Assembly (NCBI RefSeq): GCF_037042905.1
Contig: NC_087251.1
Span: 29,204,001 to 29,268,000 of the forward strand
Origin: Lytechinus pictus
Lineage: Eukaryota
Direction of reading: 5' to 3'
DNA length: 64,000 nt
In this document: one piece after another, positions 26,401-38,400 of the stretch
Position numbering within the stretch: position 1 is the first letter of the stretch
Layout of the letters: every line of letters begins with the position of its first letter
The notes under the pieces: generated by a model
What the model was told of the DNA's origin: nothing
The model's database searches: none
The model's input: only the letters and a program-made list of their open reading frames with translations
Program-made: the position numbers and the translations under genes

Positions 26401-29400
26401 ACACAATCGTCTCCTTTATCGATCGACTACCATGTCAACAACAGGTGCTTCTGTTACACCACAGAGTCCAAGCAACACAAGCATGTCTGAAAATGATGAG
26501 TCCTCACCAACAACCAACGAAGCGTCCTCGGGTACATATGGTGTTGACGACTGGGTTGCTGCAGTTTATGATAAGCAGTGGTACATTGGCAAAGTCCTCA
26601 AATTTGACTCTTCTGATATTCATATTGACTTCATGGCAAAATGTTCTGGTACCCATACAGGGGGGAAATACAAATGGCCTGTAAAAAAAGATGCAATATG
26701 GGTGGCATGGGACAAAGTGTTGTGTCACATTACACCATGCTTTTGTGATACTTCTCAAAGAATTGTCACTTTATCTCCAGAGCAGAAAGCTCTGATCGAA
26801 GAAGCCTTCAAGGCCGTTGTCTGACTTCATAGATCTTTACTGGAATGATTCAAAAGGGGTTTTAATTTTTATGGGTTAATTGATTAATTGATTTCCATAT
26901 AAATCATTGGCCATATGTTTATTGTAAGAGCTATAAGAAATTAATATCACACATGCAAAACTAGAGTTTGGCCTATGTGATTAAGTTGTAGGGATATCAG
27001 ATTGATCTGCTTCCAGTCTTAGGGAATTAATATTCAAGCATAAATAATTGATATGTGAGTTATCTTCAACTCCCTATTATGTTCCTCATCATATCATGGG
27101 GGGTTCATTTCTTCTTGTTTTTCATCTTGTGTCTACTTACTGCAATCTCCCTTTTCCTCATTTCATCTCTCTCTTTCAACATTAGGTTTTATGGTTCATC
27201 CACAATTTCAAATCTTAAATGTTAGCTGAGTTAAAATAATTGTTTTACATTGTCAGATATTGAAGTTAAAATACGTTACTCTTTTTAAAATAATTTTATT
27301 ACAAATTTTCGCTATGTAAACGTAATCAAAATTTGCTAACAGAAAATGGGGGATTGATATAAAAGTCATCGGGAAAATAAAGGTAACCACGTTTTGATGA
27401 TCAATCACATTTCCATATGTTTGACGTATAGTTGATCTATAAGTGTTATAGTTTATTCACAATTTCAAATTGGTGTTATAGTTCTTTCACACTTTCAGTA
27501 TTTCATACCTTGGTAAAGTTCAAAAAGACAAATTGTTAAATTTTAAAGTTGCAATTTCTTGGTACATTGGTGTTATATTTCATCCAAGCTAGCAGATTTT
27601 TAATGTTAGTTGTGGTAGGACAATTGTTTAGCATTGTCAGATATTAAAGTAACATACGTTACTATTTTCAAAGTAACTTTATTTCTACTTTTCACTCTTT
27701 ACATTTAATTAAAATTGCAAACAGAACGAGGGAGTTGATATAAATACCATTATCTGAAAACACAACTGACCCCGCGTTTTGATTATCACTCACACTTCCA
27801 CACGTCTGGCACTTTACATTTGAATATAAAATGCCCATATTCTGAGCACCGTGTAATCTAAATTTCCCGTGGATTAAAACCATTTTGTGATAATAGTTGG
27901 TCCATTTTGTTTCATGATATTATTTGAGAATGTAACCAATCAACTTTCAGTTATTTTCGTGCATACAATTCTAAACCTTCGTAGTTATTTTCAGATTTTT
28001 AGAACATGTAATTTACGTTACCTTTCATGAAACCTACGTTACCATATTTAATGAGACAATTACATATTACATGCTGCCCGTTCGTTGAATTTGATGAACA
28101 TCCTGTAAACTTAATCATTACATGACTTTATAAATGTTTAAATCTTACCTTTATCTTTCAGATTTATTGTTCGAAGTAAAAAGATACGATTCGTGATTTT
28201 GACAGTCAAATTTCTTTATAGAAATTAATGTTTTCAAACTTCAATTCCCCTCAGTGGTTTTCGCAATCAAACTCAAGGGAAGTAATAGACCATTATCGTA
28301 CAATTTTTGGCACCAAATTGATTATTTCAGAAGTGGCAAATTAGTTCTACTCAATAGAAATAGATTTCACCACGACTATTAAAGGTGTAATGCTCTGTAA
28401 CGTAGGTTTCACACTGAATTATACATGTCATTACGAAAACGTGAAAATTTAGTCAATCAGCAAAATTCAAAAGCCAATAATCAACGGATATTAACTTGAC
28501 AATACATGCATTCTTTTCATAATAAAATGATATGTGTTGAACAAAGTTTATTTTTCTGATTTGTTGAGTTTCCAATTGCGCCGAGATAGTGGTTTTGACC
28601 CCTAGGCATCTTTAATCACATGATGGAAACAGGGGCTATATGTACATGTATAGACCATATTTCAAGTCAAGTTTTTTTTTTTAATAAGTTGAAGTGTGGA
28701 CATTTAGTTGACACATTTGGAAATTATTTTATCAATAAATTGATAGAAAATGCAAATGCACACAACAGATTCAAACTTGACAGAGCTCTAGCGCTAATTT
28801 TAAAATAGATGATGTTGAAATCAATATTTTGAAAAAGTAGTACTACCGAATTTATAATGAAATTTAATTTGAACTTTTGCCCTTGTTAAAACATTGTCTG
28901 CTGGGTCAAACTACCTCTGATTCACATACACATACAGATGGCAGGAGTGATGGTGGTCATCATTGGATCAAAGAACATCACATGTGCATTTGTTGCATAA
29001 TATCATTGGGAATTATGCAAAAGTGATGAGAAAGAGCACTGGACAAGAGCAAAGTAACTGTGTTACCTGCCTTCCTTCAGTTTGTTATCATCCATTTGTT
29101 AAAAAGGTCCATACTGCTGGTAAAAATTCTATATATGTTCAGATTTGTATCTTTTAATCACATCTCCTTTACTTGATAATGATAATAACTTATGATAATA
29201 GATACTTGGAAAGCACTGAATTATAGGCCTACGTGTATCGGCCCTACTTTTGTGTATAATATTGCTGGTCTGAAGGCATCAAGGCACAATATTCAAAAGT
29301 ACGTCAATTGCTTGATGAAGGTGTGTCATCCCATTGTGGTTTTGTTACAGATGAATAAACCACACCTTGGGATCTACTGTAGTGAAGTATAATTCCTTTG

Positions 29401-32400
29401 AATCATGCTATGCTTACAATAGGCTCTGGCATCACAGCCTTGCATTCCTTTCATTCCAAATCCAATGCAAACAAAGAATGAGAGTTTGAAATGAAGGATG
29501 GTTTACCAATGGGCAATCCCACTCCCCATCCTATACACCATTCAGTATGAATGGGACCATGATAACAAATTCATAATGGCAGATTAAGCCTTACATGTAT
29601 TGGCATAGGTACAAGTTCATAATCATGCTCTTATGATTTATATATGGTGGGGGTGGTCTGTCCCATCTGCCCCCCCCCCAAAAAAAAAAATGGTTCCGGG
29701 CATGGGGCAGCCAAATGCAAGTGATAGCACAGGGGGAGTTATTTTGCTTTCACCTAAAGCTTTAGGAGCTTCAGTTGGGAAGGACATTTTTATCCTGTTT
29801 TAAAAATGAGGTCATTTCAATTACTGATGAGCTGGTAATAAAATTTATATAAATTGGGTAATCAAAAATACCATACTACTAAAGAGCCCTGGGCCAAAGT
29901 TTTTATACATTGGGCTAAATGATAGTGGGTTAGACCATAGAGCTATTACAGCTCTATGGTTAGACATTCTCTTGGTCTACAAGTACATATTATCAGAATT
30001 GCAATTGGAACTTATTATGTTATGTAGGTTTAGGTGTACATGTACATGTAGGAGAGGGTATTATTGTTAAATACAGGGTTAAAGTTGGCTATTCCATCTT
30101 AGTGTGTAGAATTTACAAAGCAACGATTTGTTGCCGGAGCAAATGTCATTTGCCCGTATTAACTACATAAAGCAAATCAATTTAGATTTTATCATTTTAC
30201 CAATGACATGTCTACAACATGTGTTGGCTACATGATATAATGCCAGAGTTGCAATGACAACTTTTAACATTACATTTGAGAAACTGGGTCAGAGTAAAAA
30301 CATTTCGCAGGTCACAAAGAAACCAGTTATGAGCTAGCAATGGAAACAAACTAATTGGGAACTTTACATGGGAAGTTCTCACCTGTAAATAAGTGACAAT
30401 TGCTTTGTGTTCACACTGGCAAAATAATTTGAGTAAAATTCCCAATCACAAAATAATATTTACTGTGATCAGCATGTAATAGGCCTACTGCTACACTACA
30501 CATACCATCAAAATCAATTTTAAAATAAAAATAAATTGTAGAGTATGCTTGCGTCCATCCCTACAGAGATAAATGTACATACAGAATATTTGTTGATTTG
30601 CTATCTTTCATTGAACCTTCAGTACGTGCAGAGTATACATTCAAACAGAAACCAAAACTATAATCTACTCTCATTATAATTCTGTGAGTTATCAGTTGAA
30701 TCACATTACAACTAAAACATTAACACAAGAGTTTCAATTGATTTTTCTTCTGTACTAAGAGTTGATCAAAATATAAACAAAAATATTAATTTAGAAGTAG
30801 ATCTATTTTCTAATTTCCGGTGGATGCCAGATGATTTGAGGAGGCCTATCAAATTTTGCTTTTGTTTAAAAAGAGCATACAGAGTTTGCCATTATTATTT
30901 TATTAGGCAACTTTTCCATTGGCCATCTTTCGAAGAAGAGCATGTTATGTACAGTACAGACTATTACATTTTATGAAGATCGATTCAGCGAGCAGGAGCT
31001 TGAAGACTCTGTTCTCACTACCGTCCTAAAACTAGTTTTAATAGTGGAAACTAGTTTAATGTGTAATGAGAACGGTCAAAGCGGTCTCGGAAGCAATCTT
31101 CAAAATCGTTTCAGAAAACCACATTGCGATGTAGTTTTGAAGATCGCTTTGCCTCGTTAAACTGGTTTTAGCGTGAGGACACAACCATTCTTCGGGAAGC
31201 GAACTTCGCACATTTTGAGCGCGCTACTCCACACCACCGGTGTAGAATGCCTACGATGTGGTTCAGAATTTTGCGCGAAATGTTTCAACCCATTGAGAGC
31301 GTTCCCATTCCCATAGCAACAAGATGGCTTTACGTGAAGTGATTTTGAAAAACACTTTTGGGTGATCAAATGGGAATGCTAGCTAAGCGATCTTCCAAAC
31401 TGGTTTCCTGAACCGGTTTCCTGTAAACTAGTTGTAGAAAGCGTAATGAGAATGGGGTAAACTAGTTTTAGGAAGGTAGTGAGAACAAGGTCTAAGATGA
31501 TTACATTATATGAACCTCGAATCAACCAGCAGGAGCTGAAATTTGTATTTTCTAGATGTACATTTACGTGCACAAATAAAATACATTTAATCCAGGGTCA
31601 TGGTGACTGATTCATGAGGTTCCTACATGTACATAATACACTATGTATTAGTTTGAGAGAATACATGTATGCACAATGAAGATCATACATGTATCTGCCA
31701 TGGTCTTCCCCTGATAACCAATTAATAACCAAACAACCAAATACATGTAATAAATAAAATATGATATATTACGTCTTCTTGTATGATTCACGTCTGATAT
31801 CAGTATGCTATAGTGCATGTACATGTACATTAAGACAATCTTAGGTTCATAACATACAGTGACTCACTTGAGATTCCCTAATAAAACCTGTATGAGTCAG
31901 GAAGTAATCGATGAACGTTTCCTTAAAGATGAGCTCATCACAAAATCACAAACTTTTCAAGCTTTTAATTTCCTTACAGTAAACATGAAGTTCTGTTGAG
32001 GTAGATTTTTTGTTTTTGTATTGAAGTAAAAAGGCATGCTCAAAGATTTTTTGACTTGCAATTCTAAAGAGCTTTTGCAATGATGCACAATTGTACCTGT
32101 ACATGTATTGTAGGCTACGTGTACAGATTATCATCCTTCCCAAGTCCAAACTACATAATCCTGTGTTTGTACTTTGTACGTGTGTAGCATAAATCAAAAT
32201 CACAAAATAAAACAAAAAGTTAAGTTCACTCTATTATTGAGGAATTGCAGAGCCTTCTAACAAATAGATTTTAGGAAACTTGTTCATGTGACCCTGAGTT
32301 TCTGTCTGAAATTAAAACTGATTTTGCAATAATCTGAATGGATTTCAAATCGTGTAATTATTAAAACAGAGTTAGGTTGAATAGCGCAAATTTTCCCTGA

Positions 32401-35400
32401 AACTGTGCTCATAGTATAAGCTTGATAAATGTTGGGATAGACATCACACAGCATACAACTTGAATGGGCAATTAATAATAATCGACTACATAACTTGAAA
32501 ATACACCCACAAAAGAATTTGCACAAAACAAATTCCAAGATGACTTGAGACTTTTAAATGTGACAAGTCTGTTCCAATCTGCACTGTCTGTGCTAATTCA
32601 TGCATGAACCATTTTAAGTGAGTTTTAATTGGTAATTGTAAATGTACATTTACAGTAGGAATATGAAATCTTGCTCAATCCCCATTTTGGAAAAAAAAAA
32701 GTTATGCAAACGTGATTTGCGTAGGGGTCTTATAGGTATGTGTCATTACGCTGTTTGTATAGTGGGTAAAATAATTTTATCCACTATACAAACAGCGTAA
32801 ACAGTTGGTGAAAATATAAGCCTTGAATGTTTTGTGTAAGAGTTGAGACTCAAAAGAGACTGCATTATACAGACTGGTATTATAGTGTAAACTGTTATTA
32901 TACTGAGGTTTGTTGGATTGAGTCACAAATGATTGATGAAAAACAACTTTTGAATAGTTTGCACGACTGCACTGCAATACCAATGCCCTCTTCTGCCATC
33001 GCAGTAATTGCAGTTGTCATGGCAACCCTAAAGGCAGGTGTAGGAAATCCATGATTTGATTGTTGATTAGTACTGAATAGCAGGCAATAAGCACCTGTTT
33101 CGGGTGTTTTTACCATGCTGTTTCTACAAATAACTCTCTTGCAATCGCATTATGAAAATGTAGGATCCCAACACTTATCTAATGGAAATGATAGCTTGAT
33201 CTACATGCAGGTTTACACCTTTATATACTACCTGTACAGCATCTTAACTGGATTGATATTGTGCTACAGTAGGCCTACAATATATATAAACCAAAGTGCT
33301 CAAACACTATGACATCGAGGGGGAGTGGGCTGACCAACAATGTTTTACAAGGCCTATGTATAATAATGAGTCTTAAATTAAAACATACCTTTTGAGATAA
33401 CTATTAGTAACTATTAGTACCGGGTAATACAGAGACTACACTATAAACTATAATTTTATCTGTGTTAAAGGAAAGTACCTGTGTTCCTACTTGGGGTTTG
33501 TTCAATGTCCATTTTCAAATTTAAACAGCAATATGAATCATGATTGAAACTCAATTCCAAAACACCAAACACAAACACTATCAGTGGTGCACCGTTCAGT
33601 GTCGAAAATATAAAGCCGTTTATATGTTGATCGTCTTTAAATTCCCTGCTTTCGTTAGCACAAAGGTCAGTTCTGGCACCTGTTTGTGTAGGCTTCCACT
33701 GCAAGAGCAAATTTAAAGACGTTTCAAAAGTCAAAACGCAATTGTGTTCAATGTCGCCTTCGTGATGCTCAAGGTTGTAAATTTGAGCTGATTGCATTTT
33801 AAATTTTCCTCTGAATCGTGATTTGGAAGACGTTTACTTTTACGACCAGGAATAGTGGACATTGAACACACCCTTTGTTTCTCATTAAATCTGCGTTTTG
33901 TAATCACGTTTTCAATCATGATGCATGTTGCCGTTTAAATTTGGAAACCAACATTGAACACACCCTACGTAACAGACATGTAATAAATGCATTGAATAGT
34001 GAATTACTGAATTGGTGGTTATCATTCCAGGGGCCTCCTGTATGTATATTAAAGCCTTCATAGAATGTTGCATAAAGTATGTATGAATAGTTGATGACAC
34101 GAGGTACATGTGGGGCTATTACAGCTGCACATTCGTATTTGCTCTTTAAACTTTAAGCTTACAAAATTGTCACGTGAACTTGACAAGTACCTTTAAAATT
34201 AGATCCATATGGGCCCACACAAACCCATTCTCATATTATTCTATCCTATATCTCCTCATGCCGAGTTTCTACTAGCTAGCTCAGCAGGGGCATTCCAGAA
34301 GCCTTCTCTGGTTGCCCCATCCAACACACAAGTACATCAAAAGAACATGCCAAGTGCATATACACGGGCCCAGTCGAGACAAAATATCTGAGATGCCTCG
34401 ACGACCAACTGAGCGGATACCTTTTTAGGTCAGTGACCACCATTCTGCAGTCCTTTATTCTTTTATCAATTAGTGAAAATTACCACTTGTACACAGGAAA
34501 TGGTACAGCCAAAGTCAGGGGTTATTTTCAACTTCACATGTAGGTCTACATGTAGTTCTTCATATTAAAGCTGACTTTGCAATAGATTAAAGTTCGGTAC
34601 CAAAATTTTGTGCTAATAAGTGTTTAATGAGATACTCTTATTTAAAAAAAATCGGTCAGTTTTCACACAATTTAATTCAAATATGTTGCCCTGAAAACAT
34701 GTTTCATTGATAACATAATAATTAATTATATTTATAATCAAATTTTAATTAATAGGTGGTTAAAAACTTAATTCAACTTGACCTAATGTGAATTATGACA
34801 CACAATTGACTTGCCAATTTCCAGTCATTTGTAGATTTGTAATACTGCAAACATACTACAGTAACAGTTTATAAAATAGCCCTCTTCCTTTCTGAAGTGC
34901 AGCTTGTTCACTCTATTTGTATTTCATTTATTTCAACCGTGATTTTAATAAAACACAAATACAAATACAGGAAAGTGGCTGCATATCAGAAAGGAAGAAG
35001 GAAACTGAAACATCTTGAAGAATAGGATGGCATACGCTCAAGCCATCCAGCCAGGGGACAGGGGGAAGTTGAAATAAACTTGGTGGGGTGGGGCGGTGCG
35101 GAGGGGGTGGCTGGGAGAGTATTATTTACTTGGCAGCAATGCCCTTATGACATTTCACTTCCTCAGATTCCTGTCTGGGGTCATGACCTGTGTAGTATGA
35201 CTTCACCAATATATAGAGTTCTCCTGTCCAAACACGCATGCACATTACACCTGTAGTATACTGAATCATACATGCATGACACTATGGCCTACTTTCATTC
35301 ATAATCAGCCATCCATTCATAAATTTGATTCCTGGACAGTATAACCCTATAAAACATTTAGGCCTACATACATAGTACATGTACTTTTAGACCAGACTTT

Positions 35401-38400
35401 TGATGGGGGTGTGCCTCAAGAAACCCTGAAATGGGGTCTAAGGAACTGACCAGACTGGCAAAATATGGGGTCTTGGGAACTAAAATATACTGGGCGCTGT
35501 GAAAAACAGGGTCTACGGAACAGGATCTCGGTACAGTATACGGTGCATGCTTTCGCTGTGCATAGTACTAGTATATGTGGGCGCTAGCGTGCATTGAGCT
35601 GCTAGCTGAGGGAGTTGTGAAGCCGAGCGTGCACCTCTCGCTCGCATGCCCAGCTCACGCTGGACAAATTTGGCAGGGCTTGGGAACGGAGATGTTTCGA
35701 AACGGGGGTCTTGCAAGCGGGGGGGGGGCTGCTTCTGAACCTAACTTTTGTCATTGGGAGTATCTAGAGAACTGAAAATTAGCTCTGAAAAAGGGGGTCA
35801 TCAAAGTGACACGTCCCCGTACCACCAATATAAGTGAGTGCCCCCCCCCGGCTTAAAGTAAACAAAGGCCTAGGCCTGTATTTAGCCCAAAGAGTTGAAA
35901 CATGTTCAAAATTGGCCTATGTGAATCAAACCACAATTGCAAGTCAATTCTAATTTTTGAATGTCTCTGTATATTGATATCATAATCTTACACATAAAAA
36001 TATTTAGAGAAAAAAAAATACTCTACCTACAAGTAATTGGCAATTTTTTTCTAGGATTGCACACAAAGAAAGAGATGGACCCTACAGTCAATTGAAGATT
36101 TAATCCAATTTCATATTGGGAATATGATTGCAGCATTTAATAAGACTAGAACATAACAAAAAAATGGATCATGAAACAAGAACATACACTGTATAGAGTC
36201 ACAGACAATGCTCAAGGCCTGCAGTAATCTGTGCAGGATCCCTGCGACTAATGCATTTACCGTGCTCTCTGTCTCCGTTCCCAAATGGCCAATATGATTC
36301 ATTAATTTGTGATTTTTCCTTATAGCTGGATGAATGCATTTCCAAGCATTAGCCCAGGGGTCCTTTGACAGTTTTACCATTGCTAAAGCACAGTGATATC
36401 ACTCCCATCTGTTAGGGAACATAATGGAAATAGATATAAATTGTACACAGTGGCATTGACTCTCACAGTATAAGCCCTACATACATGTAAAGAATGAGAA
36501 CAATGGGCAAAATTTTCCGCATAATTTCCCAATAAATGCCCCCATCTTTAAAAGGACAAGTCCAACCCAACAAAAAATAGAAATGAATAAAAAGAGGAGA
36601 ATCCAACAAGCACAACACTGAAAATTTCATCAAAATCGGATGTAAAATAAAGTTTTGCTTAATTTCACAAAACAGTTATATATTCACATCCTGGTCAGTA
36701 TACAAATGAGGAGACTGATGACGTCATCCATTCACTATTTCTTTTGTATTTTATTATATGAAATATTATTGAATATTCTAAATTTCTCCTCATTGCCAAG
36801 TGAAACAATGATGAATTCCTCCCTGTACATGTGGCATTAGCATTGTTTAATACTATATGGTTCAGTCAAGTTGGTCCTTATTGTCAAATATGTAAAAAAT
36901 GAAATATTGTATAATTCAAACAATAAAAACAAAAGAAATAGTGAGTGAGGGACTTCATCTGTCTCATTTGTATTTCACTGAGTTGTGCATATCAATGCTT
37001 TGTGAAAAATAAGCGAAACTTCAAAATGTAATAACTTTCTTATTTTACATCAGATTTTGATGAAATTTTCAGCGTTATGCTGGTTTTATTTTTCTCTATT
37101 CATTCAGATCAACATTTTTCTGGGGTGGACTTGACCTTTAACATTTTATCGAAGCAATGATAATATGATAATTGATATATAATTTTTGAATAGTTACCCA
37201 GGATTGCCATTCAATGCAGTCAAACTAAGCTTTAAGTGGCAACCCCTGAAACATTTTTTATACATGTATATTAGAAATACTATTTTGTTCATTGCTTTGC
37301 TTGTAATTAGATTTTTTTTAAAATCAAAATATACATGTATGTAGAAACAAATGGCAGAAATCAATAAATTAATGGAGTGAAATATCGTGGCCATTTATAG
37401 GCCTACATGTTTTGTGGTAATGAATTTCCACGAGAATCAAACAAACTGATGAATGGATGTACATACACTGACATCCAAGTGACTTGGGCAGAAAATTAGT
37501 ACACATGTGGGCTAATAATTGATCAGAAAGTTAAAGACCAAAATATTGCCATAAAACAGAGCTTTTGTCAAAGTGTAAGACTACAAGTCGCTTATGTGTA
37601 CAATCATTCATGTTGCTGTTTTGTCACATCGCATGGATAATTGACAGCCTAGTACACTACTTGAGAATCCTGTTGATGAATGAACTACAGTAGTACTGTG
37701 TGGACCAATTCCTCCTTATAGCAGTGTTATTATAGTATAGTCCAGACTACTCTAGTCCTTGACCTTCCATGATACATGTAGGCCATTTATAAGAGGGATA
37801 TAAACTATTCTTTATTTTTATACATTTGTTGGTGTAAGAACTTGATGTTTGTATTCTGATATTAGTGCATTTTTTAGAATAACACACACAAGGGCACATA
37901 TCAAGGGAATCTACCAGCTCCTAAAATCTATCCACTACATGTACATGTAGTTTGAGGAAGATCCTTATCTGCAGGTTAAGAATGTGTATCTTGGTAAGCT
38001 CGAGCATGCAACAGCTCTCATATTTATCTGAACCATCAGTCAATCGATGAGGGGAAGCAAACTTGTAGAAGGCGTCTGCCCAACTTGAAGTTTTTGATCT
38101 ACATGTACATTGTACATGTAATTCATAACTGACGACATCAATGTCTCAAAATTGGCAAGATGAATTCTCAACCACATACTGTAGGCCTACATTCAACATT
38201 TGTACAAAGCCTCCTACCATGTCAGATTCAGATCAGATATTGCTTACAAACTGTTTTTTTACAATAAGAAATATGGATTACGAATTTATTCAAGTATTCA
38301 ATATCACTCTAAAAAATACTGGTTATTGAAAACTATTGTATATTGTCCTTGCAGGTGATAATGATAAGCTCCCTGAAAAGATGAGAAATGTCTGTACACG

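Noticed and set aside
24367..26758. Short overlapping and antisense ORFs within the transposase
   Set aside because: Shadow frames of a more GC-rich coding region with no recognisable motifs.
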